From Minisyncoccia bacterium (GTDB taxonomy: Bacteria; Patescibacteriota; Minisyncoccia; Phycocordibacterales; JAACPR01): a DNA stretch of 64,000 bases. The translations under genes were made by a program, and so were the position numbers. The DNA lies in contig JBGSLH010000011.1 in assembly GCA_041740795.1 (NCBI GenBank), forward strand, positions 3,875-67,874, in the 5' to 3' direction. Each line of letters starts with the position of its first letter. The stretch's first letter is position 1. Of this stretch, positions 20,802 to 30,230 are shown one piece after another. The notes under the pieces are model-generated. The model ran no database searches. It saw only the letters and a program-made list of their open reading frames with translations, and was not told the origin of the DNA.

Positions 20802-21110
20802 ATGAATAGTCAATTATCTATACAAGAATATAATGAGCCTGTAACCAAAGGGTTTTTGGTTGGATATCTTAGTGAACAGGAATATGTAACACGAATTTCT
20901 CTACAAGAGATTTTGGAAAGTAAAAACTACGCGACTAAAGAATATGTTTATGATATGTTCGTTATGTTTAGAAAGTTAATTAATGAAGACTTTGCACACC
21001 ACACGAATGCGTTGGTAGAAATGATACAACACCAACATCGTGGAGTAACCGAGAGTATCATAGGAAGGATAGAACGTATCGAGCGACACGTAGGACTAGA
21101 GTCTTTCTAA
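20802..21110 (+). CDS. Hypothetical protein
   Basis: ORF track 20760 uses a TTG start; the first ATG is at 20802. No family recognised. Confidence 0.3.
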   Translation: MNSQLSIQEYNEPVTKGFLVGYLSEQEYVTRISLQEILESKNYATKEYVYDMFVMFRKLINEDFAHHTNALVEMIQHQHRGVTESIIGRIERIERHVGLESF

Positions 21111-21137
21111 TAAAAAACTCCCCAATTTTCATCTCTC

Positions 21138-21146
21138 TGATATAAT
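21138..21146 (+). promoter_or_regulatory. Extended -10 element (TGaTATAAT) 8 nt upstream of the gap ATG
   Basis: tgatataat at 21138-21146; ATG at 21155. Confidence 0.45.
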
Positions 21147-21154
21147 CTTTGTAT

Positions 21155-22237
21155 ATGGAATCACAAAAAATAAGAGTGGCAATTAATGGATTTGGCCGCA
21201 TCGGTCGTGCTTTTTTAAAACTCTCCTTCACACGCAAGGATATCGAAGTTGTGGCAATCAATGATCTTGGAGATCCTGAGAACATGGCGTATCTCCTTAA
21301 GTTCGATAGTGTGTACGGACGAAACGAATTTGATGTGCAGGTGCATACTGATACTGACGAACCATACTTTATCCTTGGTGGCCTACAAAAGGTCATGATA
21401 TTTTCAGAAAAAGAACCCAAGGATCTGCCATGGAAAGAAATGGCTGTGGATGTTGTTGTTGAATCGACAGGATTCTTTACGGATTTTAGGGAAGCGCATG
21501 CACACGTCAAGGCAGGTGCAAAGCGCGTCGTGATTTCTGCTCCTGCAAAAGGTGAAGAGAATGAGGAGCAAGGAACCGTATTGCTTGGAGTGAACGAGGA
21601 CAAGTTCAAAACATGTATTGTTACGTCGAACGCGTCATGTACGACTAACTCTGCGACGCCAGTCATTTCCATTCTTGATGAAACAATCGGAATTGAAAAG
21701 GCACTTCTCAATACTGTGCATGCCTACACTGCAACTCAATCAATCGTTGATGGTCCTGGTAAAAAAGATTTTAGAAATGGCCGCGCTGCTGCTATTAATA
21801 TTATTCCGGCTTCAACTGGTGCCGCCAAGGCGACAACTCTCGCAGTGACTTCTCTTACTGACAAATTTGACGGCATCTCGCTTCGAGTTCCTGTTCCTGC
21901 AGGATCAATCGCAGACATCACATTCATTGCAAAGCGAGACACGACAATTGAGGAAGTGAACGATATTCTCAAGAAGGCTTCTGTGCAAGACAGGTGGAAG
22001 AACATTTTTACTGTCGTTGAGGAAGATATCGTATCTCAGGATATTGTCGGTAATCCTCATGCTTCAATTGCTGACCTTGCATTGACTCGTGTAGTTGGAG
22101 GAAATCTAGTAAAAGTTCTTGCGTGGTATGATAATGAGATAGGGTATACGAATTCGCTTGTAGAACATGTCGTACGTGCCTGCAAATTCCTTCCAGAAGA
22201 TAAAAAAAGTAAAAAGAAAAAAGTTAAATCTGAATAA
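21155..22237 (+). CDS. gap: Type I glyceraldehyde-3-phosphate dehydrogenase
   Basis: IRVAINGFGRIGR and the active-site SNASCTTN. The ORF track begins at TTG 21149; the ATG at 21155 is preferred. Confidence 0.9.
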   Translation: MESQKIRVAINGFGRIGRAFLKLSFTRKDIEVVAINDLGDPENMAYLLKFDSVYGRNEFDVQVHTDTDEPYFILGGLQKVMIFSEKEPKDLPWKEMAVDVVVESTGFFTDFREAHAHVKAGAKRVVISAPAKGEENEEQGTVLLGVNEDKFKTCIVTSNASCTTNSATPVISILDETIGIEKALLNTVHAYTATQSIVDGPGKKDFRNGRAAAINIIPASTGAAKATTLAVTSLTDKFDGISLRVPVPAGSIADITFIAKRDTTIEEVNDILKKASVQDRWKNIFTVVEEDIVSQDIVGNPHASIADLALTRVVGGNLVKVLAWYDNEIGYTNSLVEHVVRACKFLPEDKKSKKKKVKSE

Positions 22238-22238
22238 T

Positions 22239-22751
22239 ATGGATGATATACGAACAATACACATAGGTGGAGACCATGCTGGATATGAACTCAAAAACGA
22301 GATCATCAGGGTTCTTGAACAGCAGCATTACGAAGTTGTCGATCATGGTGCATATGAACTCGATGAGTCCGACGACTATCCGGATTTTATTTTGCCTGTA
22401 GCGATTGCTGTTACTGCAGACGAGCATTCTCGAGGGATCATTCTTGGTGGTTCCGGACAAGGGGAAGCAATGGTCGCCAATCGGGTACAAGGGATTCGTG
22501 CAAGCGTATTCTATGGAGAACCTGCAAACAGCGACGAGAGTATCATCACGCTTTCACGTCAGCACAATGATGCAAACGTACTTTCTATTGGTGCGCGCTT
22601 TGTTACAGACGAAGAGGCTTTGGAGGCAATCGAACTCTGGCTCGAGACGAGTTTTTCGGGAGAAGAACGTCATCTGCGCAGGATTGCAAAAATAAGCGAG
22701 ATAGATTCTTTGTCTATAGAATCTGAGATTGGAGAAAATCCTGAGGAATAA
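22239..22751 (+). CDS. rpiB: Ribose-5-phosphate isomerase B (RpiB/LacA/LacB family)
   Basis: The internal ATG 22239 sits 1 nt after the gap stop. IHIGGDHAGYELKNEI and GILLGGSGQGEAMVANR. Confidence 0.85.
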   Translation: MDDIRTIHIGGDHAGYELKNEIIRVLEQQHYEVVDHGAYELDESDDYPDFILPVAIAVTADEHSRGIILGGSGQGEAMVANRVQGIRASVFYGEPANSDESIITLSRQHNDANVLSIGARFVTDEEALEAIELWLETSFSGEERHLRRIAKISEIDSLSIESEIGENPEE

Positions 22752-22782
22752 ACAATCAATACATCTGTGATATGATGCCTTC

Positions 22783-23463
22783 ATGATAAAAAAGATTATT
22801 CCAGCTATACTCCCAAAGGATTTTTTTGATCTTGAGAAGCATCTTGAGCGCTGCAAGGGTGTCGTAAAGTTCGTGCAGATTGATATTTGTGACGGTCTGT
22901 ATACACAATCCAAAACGTGGCCTTTTACACATACGCCCGACATCTATTTTGACAAGATGGTGACGCAAGAAGACGGGATGCCGTTTTGGGAGAGCATTGA
23001 TTTTGAACTTGATCTCATGATCAAGAATCCAGAGGAGATGTATGAGACTTTTTTGCAGCTTGGACCGAAACGGATGACGTTTCATTTTAATACACTCAAG
23101 AACCCACTGGAATTTTTGACCAAAGTGAAGGAAGAAGGAATGGTTGAAGTCGGTATCGCATTCTTGAACGATATTGATGCACTCGAGCATGCCGATCTAA
23201 TCGAACTTGCAGACGTTGTGCAATGCATGGGAATTGAACGAATCGGTTTTCAGGGACAGGACTTTGATGAGCGCGTGCTCGATCAGGTTGAAAAAATTAG
23301 AGAACGATTTCCAGAAAAGCTAATCTCCGTTGACGGAAGCGTTAATGAAGAAACACTTTCGGAGCTTTCGGATGCGGGTGCGAACTATTTTGTTACAGGA
23401 AGTGCATTTTTTGAGACTGAAAATCTTGTTGATGCGTTGGAGGATTTTAGGGAACTTGTGTAG
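22783..23463 (+). CDS. rpe: Ribulose-phosphate 3-epimerase family protein (divergent)
   Basis: IIPAILPKDFFDLEKHL...VQIDICDG parallels the RPE N-terminus (PSiL.aDf..L...iH.DvMDG). Pentose-phosphate gene neighbourhood. Confidence 0.65.
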   Translation: MIKKIIPAILPKDFFDLEKHLERCKGVVKFVQIDICDGLYTQSKTWPFTHTPDIYFDKMVTQEDGMPFWESIDFELDLMIKNPEEMYETFLQLGPKRMTFHFNTLKNPLEFLTKVKEEGMVEVGIAFLNDIDALEHADLIELADVVQCMGIERIGFQGQDFDERVLDQVEKIRERFPEKLISVDGSVNEETLSELSDAGANYFVTGSAFFETENLVDALEDFRELV

Positions 23464-23566
23464 TGTGTCATCCTGGATTTATTCCGGGATCTCGTAATTC
23501 AATAACGAGATCCCGCATCTGTGTACCTCCTGCGGAGGCACTTCGTGCGGGATGACAAAATAACTA

Positions 23567-23575
23567 TGTTATAAT
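23567..23575 (+). promoter_or_regulatory. Extended -10 element (TGtTATAAT) 6 nt upstream of the tkt ATG
   Basis: tgttataat at 23567-23575; ATG at 23582. Confidence 0.45.
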
Positions 23576-23581
23576 TTTGAC

Positions 23582-24451
23582 ATGGGCAACATCTCGGATT
23601 CAAAAGTAAAAGAATTACAGCACACTGCAAATGAGATACGAAAATCTATTATTGAAATGCTTGTTGAAGCGGGTTCAGGGCATACTGCGGGACCGCTTGG
23701 TATGGCGGATATTTTCACCTACTTGTATTTTGAAGGGCTCAAGCATGATGCGGACAAGCCGGATTGGAAGGAGCGTGACCGACTCGTTTTGTCCAATGGA
23801 CACATTTGTCCTGTACTCTATGCGACGATGGCTCACGCTGGATATTTTAATAAATCTGAATTGATGACATTGCGCAAGCTTGGATCACGGCTGCAAGGAC
23901 ATCCTCATCGTGAATTTTTGCCATACATCGAGAACAGTTCAGGGCCACTTGGTTCCGGCCTGTCGCAAGCAGTCGGCATGGCACTTGCAAACCGTATCGA
24001 CGAAGGTGTGACGAGTTCCAAACATTTCTACTGTCTGCTCGGTGATGGGGAATTGCAAGAAGGGCAGAATTGGGAAGCGATTTTTCTTGCAGGAAAAGAA
24101 AAACTGCACAACCTGATCGCAGTAGTCGATCGTAACAATATCCAGATCGACGGATATACCGAAGACATCATGCCTCTTAATCCACTCACGGACAAATGGC
24201 AGGCGTTCAATTGGCACGTGCAAGAGATTGATGGACACAATTTCGAGGCAATTGATACTGCAATCGAACAGGCGAAGAATTTTTTTGGAAAGCCGTCGGT
24301 GATTATTGCGCACACTATTCCTGGCAAGGGAGTTCCTGAATTCGAACGTCTTCCTGTATGGCACGGCAAACCGCCCAACAAGGAAGAAGGTGCGCGAGCG
24401 TTAAAGGCATTGCGGACATTGGATGGTAAAATAACAAGCGAACACCAATAA
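23582..24451 (+). CDS. Transketolase, N-terminal (TPP-binding) subunit of a split enzyme
   Basis: GSGHTAGPLGMADI, LSNGH, and the GDGELQEGQNWEA thiamine-PP motif. Confidence 0.9.
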   Translation: MGNISDSKVKELQHTANEIRKSIIEMLVEAGSGHTAGPLGMADIFTYLYFEGLKHDADKPDWKERDRLVLSNGHICPVLYATMAHAGYFNKSELMTLRKLGSRLQGHPHREFLPYIENSSGPLGSGLSQAVGMALANRIDEGVTSSKHFYCLLGDGELQEGQNWEAIFLAGKEKLHNLIAVVDRNNIQIDGYTEDIMPLNPLTDKWQAFNWHVQEIDGHNFEAIDTAIEQAKNFFGKPSVIIAHTIPGKGVPEFERLPVWHGKPPNKEEGARALKALRTLDGKITSEHQ

Positions 24452-24452
24452 C

Positions 24453-25448
24453 ATGCTCAACCCAAAATTATTTTTAAATGAAAATCTGTTCAATGATGAT
24501 GTCGAGCAGAAGCCAATCCGAAACGGATTCGGTGAAGGCCTCGTCGAAGCGGCGCGCAAAAATTCTCAAGTAGTTGGACTGTGTGCTGATCTCACCGAAT
24601 CTACTCGTATGGAAGATTTTGCAAAGGAATTCCCTGATCGTTTTATAGAGATTGGAATTGCAGAACAGAATCTCGCATCTGTCGCGTCAGGAATGGCAGC
24701 AATGGGAAAGATTCCGTTCATGTCGAGCTACGCTGCGTTTTCGCCTGGTCGCAATTGGGAACAGATCCGGACAACAATCGCCTACAACAATGTGCCAGTC
24801 AAGATTGTTGGATCACATGCAGGAATATCCGTAGGACCGGACGGAGGAACGCACCAGGCACTCGAAGATATTGCATTGATGCGCGTGATGCCACGGATGC
24901 ACGTGATTGTTCCGTGTGATGCCAATGAAGCGCATAAAGCAACGCTCCAGACATCACAGAATTCTCATCCAACCTATATTCGTCTCGCGCGTGAAAAAAC
25001 CCCGCTCATCACCACAACAGAGACTCCGTTTGAAATCGGTAAGGCGCAGGTATTTTTTGAATCAAAAGGTGATACGTTCGATGTTGCGATAATCGCATGC
25101 GGCTCAGTCGTATATCAAGCACTTCTTGCTGCCAATGAGCTTGATGATCAAGGTGTAAAAGTAGCTGTGCTTAATATGGCAACAATCAAGCCACTCGATA
25201 CGCACGCTCTTGATTTTTTAATCAAAAAATCCCGCGCATTTGTAACTGTCGAAGAACACCAGGTTGCAGGAGGACTTGGAAGTGCTGTTGCTGAATACGT
25301 CGCAGCGCATCATCCTGTACCAATTGAATTCGTCGGTATTCAGGACCAGTTCGGACAGTCAGGCAAACCATCCGAACTTCTTGATTTTTATAATATAAAT
25401 CAAAACGCGATCGAACAAGCTGTATACAAGGTCTTATCAAGAAAATAA
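24453..25448 (+). CDS. Transketolase, C-terminal (pyrimidine-binding) subunit
   Basis: FIEIGIAEQNLASVASGMA and GPDGGTHQALEDIALMR. It starts 1 nt after the N-terminal subunit. Confidence 0.9.
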   Translation: MLNPKLFLNENLFNDDVEQKPIRNGFGEGLVEAARKNSQVVGLCADLTESTRMEDFAKEFPDRFIEIGIAEQNLASVASGMAAMGKIPFMSSYAAFSPGRNWEQIRTTIAYNNVPVKIVGSHAGISVGPDGGTHQALEDIALMRVMPRMHVIVPCDANEAHKATLQTSQNSHPTYIRLAREKTPLITTTETPFEIGKAQVFFESKGDTFDVAIIACGSVVYQALLAANELDDQGVKVAVLNMATIKPLDTHALDFLIKKSRAFVTVEEHQVAGGLGSAVAEYVAAHHPVPIEFVGIQDQFGQSGKPSELLDFYNINQNAIEQAVYKVLSRK

Positions 25449-25449
25449 T

Positions 25450-26769
25450 ATGAAATATATTTTTAAAAAAATATTGCCACTATTCTTTTTCCTTGCTTTG
25501 CCGGCGATGCATTCTCTCCATGCTCAGGAATTTTCCCCGATAAGCAAACTCGCACAGGATTATATCGAACGACTTAATGATGACTTGAGTGCAACCGATG
25601 GACTCATACCTTCGTCGGGCGCCGTAGTAGTGAATCCAGAAGCGGTTGCCAGAGATGCTATTACAGAATCAATAGATATGATTAGTAAGACAGTTGAGGA
25701 GATGCAGCAGGAAAAAGAAAAGACAATAAATGAAATCAAAGAATTTGTAAAACAAGACATAGATACGGCAATTATCCAGATCCGTAAAACAACTGAAAAG
25801 CCTGCATACGAACTGCAACGTGCAGTAGACGCGGACAGAACGGAACTTTTTGAAAATATTTCCCAAACAATCGAATCGATCAATCCTTCTGAAAGTGAAA
25901 AGCTTGTCGCACTGCAGTCGAGCATTAATTTTTTAATCGACGAGATTCAGTTGAATCTTGAATCAGAATCAGGAATGTCAGTAAGTTTTCAAAGGTCAAA
26001 GAGGGAGATTGTAAACAGACTGAATGTATTCAAAAATCTTCTTGAGGAAAAAAATGCAATCATTGACTCAAGACAGGGGACTCTGATTTTTGAAGACTCT
26101 GATGCTGATGGGATTTCGGACTATGACGAAATCTATATATACAAGACTGATCCGGACAATGCACGTACATTGAATAAAGAAGGTATGACAGATGGACAGA
26201 AAATCGAAGCAGGGATTGATCCACTCAGTGAAACAGATGCCAAAATCGCATACCAGGATCCTCGTGAAGATCGTGAAGCATTCGTCTCTTCGACATATCG
26301 TGTGGACAAGATGCATCTCGTACAAAAAGATGCCGAGAACTCAAATGAAAAAATAATCTTTGAAGGAAGTGCGTTACCTAACACGTTCATCACGCTCTAT
26401 ATTTACAGTACACCTCTTGTTGCGACGGTGAAGACTGATAGTGACGGAAAGTGGACATACGGACTTGATTCTAAGCTTGAAAACGGTGAGCATCAAATGT
26501 TCGTTGCAACTGTCGGTACATCTGGCAAAATCGTTATTCGCTCTAATCCTGTGATTTTTACCAAGTCTGCCGAAGCCGCGACGATTGGTATTGCAGGAAA
26601 TCTAAACAACTCGATTACGACGCAGAATTTCTTGAAGGATAATTTTATACTGATTACACTTGCCATATTGATCTCGATTGTTGTTATGGGAATGATGTTC
26701 GTAGGTAATCATAAGAACATCAGGTCTGCGGTCTCTGAGCTCAAGAGCGAAGTGAGCTCCAAATACTAG
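25450..26769 (+). CDS. Secreted protein with a thrombospondin-type-3-like Asp-rich repeat and C-terminal TM anchor
   Basis: Signal peptide MKYIFKKILPLFFFLALPAMHSLHA, DSDADGISDYDEIYIYKTDPDN, and C-terminal helix FILITLAILISIVVMGMMFV. Confidence 0.5.
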   Translation: MKYIFKKILPLFFFLALPAMHSLHAQEFSPISKLAQDYIERLNDDLSATDGLIPSSGAVVVNPEAVARDAITESIDMISKTVEEMQQEKEKTINEIKEFVKQDIDTAIIQIRKTTEKPAYELQRAVDADRTELFENISQTIESINPSESEKLVALQSSINFLIDEIQLNLESESGMSVSFQRSKREIVNRLNVFKNLLEEKNAIIDSRQGTLIFEDSDADGISDYDEIYIYKTDPDNARTLNKEGMTDGQKIEAGIDPLSETDAKIAYQDPREDREAFVSSTYRVDKMHLVQKDAENSNEKIIFEGSALPNTFITLYIYSTPLVATVKTDSDGKWTYGLDSKLENGEHQMFVATVGTSGKIVIRSNPVIFTKSAEAATIGIAGNLNNSITTQNFLKDNFILITLAILISIVVMGMMFVGNHKNIRSAVSELKSEVSSKY

Positions 26770-26880
26770 CTTCTTGACAAAAATGCTGATAGTTGTACCA
26801 TGTAGTTAAGCATTCTGATCTTTAACAAAGGATTCAGAAAATCTCAAACAATCAAACACAAATATTGAAAGGAAAAAACT

Positions 26881-27495
26881 ATGAAACTTCTCATGGCGTT
26901 TCTCGTATCGCTAGGTATTCTTGATTTGGCGGAAGGAGCTGTGCAAATTAGTAATCTCGACGCCTCGAGTTATGGTTCAGTCATGTCTACTTCCACAGTT
27001 TCTGCAAAGGCTGAGATGGTTACAGGCTTTTCGTCTTCTTCCTCGATGGAAGTTACACTCACGACAAACAGTACACTTGCTTTCAGTCATGTGTGGTCTA
27101 TGCCTGAGGATGTTCGGTTCCTTTATGATGCTGCTGGAAATGCAAGTATTCGTACAGGAAGTAGTTTCCGAGAAGGACAACCGTTGGGTGGCGTTAATGC
27201 GCTTATCATCAAACTTGACGATTCTGCGCCGGGAAGCTTTGCTACGGAATTCAAGAACATCACCATCAATGGGGTTCCAGTTCGGAACCTTTTTGCAAGT
27301 GACGGAACTGACTATGTGATGATCACTAACTTTGGGTCGACAGTCGATCTGAAAGGTGCTTTTTACAAAAATGTTGCGTCTGCAGGGAATGAATCCAGAC
27401 TTACCTTTTTTGCGGTTAGTATTCCTGAACCTTCATCCAGTTTGATGTGCTTACTTTCGATATCTGCAACGCTCCTTAGGCGTCGGAGATATTGA
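26881..27495 (+). CDS. Secreted protein with a C-terminal PEP-CTERM sorting signal
   Basis: N-terminal signal peptide. The C-terminus IPEPSSSLMCLLSISATLLRRRRY has PEP, a hydrophobic helix and an Arg cluster. Confidence 0.6.
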   Translation: MKLLMAFLVSLGILDLAEGAVQISNLDASSYGSVMSTSTVSAKAEMVTGFSSSSSMEVTLTTNSTLAFSHVWSMPEDVRFLYDAAGNASIRTGSSFREGQPLGGVNALIIKLDDSAPGSFATEFKNITINGVPVRNLFASDGTDYVMITNFGSTVDLKGAFYKNVASAGNESRLTFFAVSIPEPSSSLMCLLSISATLLRRRRY

Positions 27496-27517
27496 TTCTT
27501 TCTCATCAAACTCAACA

Positions 27518-27546
27518 AAGCCGCTCGAATTTTTCGAGCGGCTTTT
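27518..27546. terminator. Bidirectional terminator between convergent genes
   Basis: aaagccgctcgaa-ttt-ttcgagcggcttt is a perfect 13-bp stem with A/T tracts on both sides. Confidence 0.75.
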
Positions 27547-28114
27547 ATCTTAATGTAAAATCACATCTAGTGTGTCCAAAATAATCATCATTTTGAGATG
27601 CTTTATCGACACATGAAGATACGCTGTTTTCTAGAATCCATGTCAATGCATAGATTTGATTAATAGAGTCGTATGTATACCAGACACCACTTAAATTTCC
27701 TACCACGTTTGAGTTTATTGGTTGGCGATCGGCAAAGTTGCCTGATAAGTATGGTGTGAGTGAATTTTTTAATATTGTTGATCCTGAGAAGTTGAATGCA
27801 CAACTTTCACTATCTGTATATCCAACACAAACTGAAGAGGGGATCATTGGATAATTTCCGCCATTGTCACTCCTATACAACTCTAGTGCTTTGACATACT
27901 CCAGTACCAAACCATTCTTTGCCGTATTCCGCGCCTTCATTCTCGCGTCACCAACCGCAGCCAACACAACCGTGCTCAATAGAGCAATAATGGAGATAAC
28001 CACGAGCAACTCGATAAGGGTGAACCCTTCGGTTTTTGCAGGGGTGAGAATTGCAGAACGGCTTTTGTGAGTCTTAAAAAATGTTCTATCAAATTCTGTA
28101 TGTGTTGTGGACAT
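27545..28114 (-). CDS. Type IV pilin-like protein with an unusually long (about 30 aa) leader
   Basis: ...SAILTPAKTEG|FTLIELLVVISIIALLSTVVLAAV. Confidence 0.75.
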   Translation of the reverse strand: MSTTHTEFDRTFFKTHKSRSAILTPAKTEGFTLIELLVVISIIALLSTVVLAAVGDARMKARNTAKNGLVLEYVKALELYRSDNGGNYPMIPSSVCVGYTDSESCAFNFSGSTILKNSLTPYLSGNFADRQPINSNVVGNLSGVWYTYDSINQIYALTWILENSVSSCVDKASQNDDYFGHTRCDFTLR

Positions 28115-28116
28115 GG

Positions 28117-28512
28117 TTATTTTGGAAGGAGAGGGTCCTTGCCTTCGCGGACGAGATTTATGTATTCGTCAAACGTGTATGAGTTGCCCGCTCGGTCTAC
28201 GACAATGTTGTTTGCAGGGATGTTACGTGCATGTATGAGCCAGAACGTAAGTGAAAGAGTTGCCGTTATGATACCTATCAATATGAAAAGTGCCTGTTTT
28301 TCATTTTTGGCAATTCCTGTACGTAACAGAACGCTAATCATTGTCGGAGTTGTTGGATCACCGAACAACTTACGTGATTTGATATGAAATTCGTTCTGTT
28401 CAATAAAGTCGACTCTGTCCATTACTTCTATTGTACTACCTTTTGAAAAGAATCTTAATCTGACGGGTGTGTACAAGAGTTTTTTGAGGAGCTTAGGATT
28501 GAGAAAATGCAT
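28117..28512 (-). CDS. Hypothetical membrane protein upstream of the pilin-like gene
   Basis: ORF with one TM helix (ALFILIGIITATLSLTFWLI). It ends 2 nt before the pilin-like gene start. Confidence 0.4.
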   Translation of the reverse strand: MHFLNPKLLKKLLYTPVRLRFFSKGSTIEVMDRVDFIEQNEFHIKSRKLFGDPTTPTMISVLLRTGIAKNEKQALFILIGIITATLSLTFWLIHARNIPANNIVVDRAGNSYTFDEYINLVREGKDPLLPK

Positions 28513-28651
28513 ATCTAGGGATTTGAAATTCTAAATGGAATGTGTATAATGGTCAAACACTACCTTGTTGAAAACTCAATCGATGTTGTAACTACTAGGG
28601 ATAAAAGTGTTGTGTAATAATTTCTTCATCTTTTTAAAGAAAAAGAAACAT

Positions 28652-28722
28652 AGCGGGGTAGAGGAGAGGTACCTCGTGAGGCTCATAACCTCAAGACTCT
28701 GGTTCGATTCCAGACCCCGCTA
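28652..28722 (+). tRNA. tRNA with anticodon CAT (elongator Met or lysidine-modified Ile2; not initiator-like)
   Basis: Manual cloverleaf: acceptor AGCGGGG/CCCCGCT, D arm GAGG/CCTC, anticodon arm TGAGG-CTCATAA-CCTCA, 4-nt variable loop, T arm TCTGG-TTCGATT-CCAGA, discriminator A. No encoded CCA. It lacks the three G-C pairs of initiator anticodon stems. Confidence 0.75.
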
Positions 28723-28900
28723 CAGCCATGTGAGACCTACCGAGGCTCATATAAGAACGATAATTTGAATAGTGGACTAGGGATGAGTTTTGGACTCGAA
28801 CTTTTGTGTAAAATCATTAAAATCAGAATAACCTTATTTGAGGCATATTATTTGTTCGAGTCCGTGAGGTGTTAAACCTTTACAAATAAATCTTAATAGT

Positions 28901-28927
28901 TTATTATGCAATCTACTTGCATAATAA
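28901..28927. promoter_or_regulatory. Perfect 11-5-11 palindrome, candidate Fur-family operator
   Basis: ttattatgcaa-tctac-ttgcataataa ends 2 nt upstream of ATG 28930 of the Fur-family gene. Confidence 0.5.
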
Positions 28928-28929
28928 AA

Positions 28930-29259
28930 ATGAGAACAAATATATACAAAAAACAAATACTAAAATTGCTTGAGAAAAATCATCTTTTGACTATTTTAGA
29001 AATTCATAAGGCTCTCCCCGAGGCTGACTATTCAACTATATTTCGTAATATTGAGCGGTTATTGAAAGACAAAGAAATAAAGAAAATTAGAATAGATAAT
29101 AAGTCTGTTGCGTATGAGTCATCTCACGAAAGTCACGATCATTTTATCTGTAATGATTGTGGAACAGTTGAGTCTATTCATATACCGCACGATACAGTCA
29201 AAGGTCGAAAGGTTGAGGATATCACTGTTCGTGGTACGTGTAATAACTGTATAGATTAA
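28930..29259 (+). CDS. Fur family transcriptional regulator (Fur/Zur/PerR type)
   Basis: Winged-helix N-terminus ILKLLEKNHLLTILEIHKAL...STIFRNIERL. HESHDHFICNDCG...GTCNNC is the metal-binding pattern HxH plus two CxxC. An alternative start at 28906 lies inside the palindrome. Confidence 0.75.
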   Translation: MRTNIYKKQILKLLEKNHLLTILEIHKALPEADYSTIFRNIERLLKDKEIKKIRIDNKSVAYESSHESHDHFICNDCGTVESIHIPHDTVKGRKVEDITVRGTCNNCID

Positions 29260-29261
29260 TT

Positions 29262-30230
29262 ATGAGAATTGCTTTTGTTGGAAAAGGGGGATCAGGTAAA
29301 AGTACGCTTTCTGCATCTTTTGTACAATATCTTTTAAAAGAGACAAACAAACCTATTGTTGTTTTTGATGCAGATTTAAATATTCATATACCAGAACTTT
29401 TGGGTTTTGATTCAATATTTTTTGATAAACATATTTCGGCACCAAAGCCTTCTGAAGAAATAAAACGATGGTTAATTGGAGAAAACGACATAAAAGATTT
29501 GGGTGCTTTTCGAAAAACTACACCACCAACAAGAAAATCAAATATCATTAAGGTTGAATCTATACAAAATACTCCACTTTCAAAATATGGTGTTCATAAA
29601 AATAATCTATCAGTTTTTGTTGTTGGTACATATCAAGAAGATGAAATTGGAGCCACTTGTTACCATAATAATTTGGCTACCTTTGAAAGTATTTTAAACC
29701 ATACAGATGATAAAGAAGGTTTTTTGATTGCCGACATGGTTGCTGGAGTCGATGCTTTTGCGGGCACATTACATGCACAATTTGATTTAACTTGTCTTAT
29801 TGTTGAGTCGACAATAAGAAGTATTGAAGTGTATAAAAAATATATTGAGCTCGCTACTGTCGCGGGGGTTGCTCAAAGAGTTAAAGTAATTGGAAATAAA
29901 ATACGAAATAGGTCTGATGAGAATTTTATAAAAGAACATATTCAAGAAAATAATATAATCGGGTATTTTTATGATGATGGACATATTAGAAATATTGAAC
30001 AACAAGGAACTTGTCTGGAATTAAATAAACTTAATGATAATAATAAAAAAGTTTTAGGAACTATTTTTGAATATACACAGTCACTTCCTGATATCCGTCA
30101 GATACGTCTTCAAAAAATTCATGAACTACATAAGACATATGTAGCACAATCTTTTGTTAAAGAACGTTTTGGTGACCTTACGAATCAAATAGACCTTGAA
30201 TTTACTTTTGATTATGAACCAAAAAACTAA
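29262..30230 (+). CDS. SIMIBI-class P-loop ATPase (CooC/MinD/ParA-like)
   Basis: Deviant Walker A MRIAFVGKGGSGKSTL at the extreme N-terminus. Confidence 0.6.
   Translation: MRIAFVGKGGSGKSTLSASFVQYLLKETNKPIVVFDADLNIHIPELLGFDSIFFDKHISAPKPSEEIKRWLIGENDIKDLGAFRKTTPPTRKSNIIKVESIQNTPLSKYGVHKNNLSVFVVGTYQEDEIGATCYHNNLATFESILNHTDDKEGFLIADMVAGVDAFAGTLHAQFDLTCLIVESTIRSIEVYKKYIELATVAGVAQRVKVIGNKIRNRSDENFIKEHIQENNIIGYFYDDGHIRNIEQQGTCLELNKLNDNNKKVLGTIFEYTQSLPDIRQIRLQKIHELHKTYVAQSFVKERFGDLTNQIDLEFTFDYEPKN

Noticed and set aside
28723-28870. tRNA-like fragments after tRNA(CAT) 28652: a 10-nt repeat of gaggctcata (28742-28751), and inverted ggactcgaac/gttcgagtcc (28791-28800 and 28853-28862). These could be att scars or a tRNA pseudogene.
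   Set aside because: No cloverleaf can be folded on either strand. The matches are 10 nt or shorter, and the T-loop consensus is common. Too weak to call.
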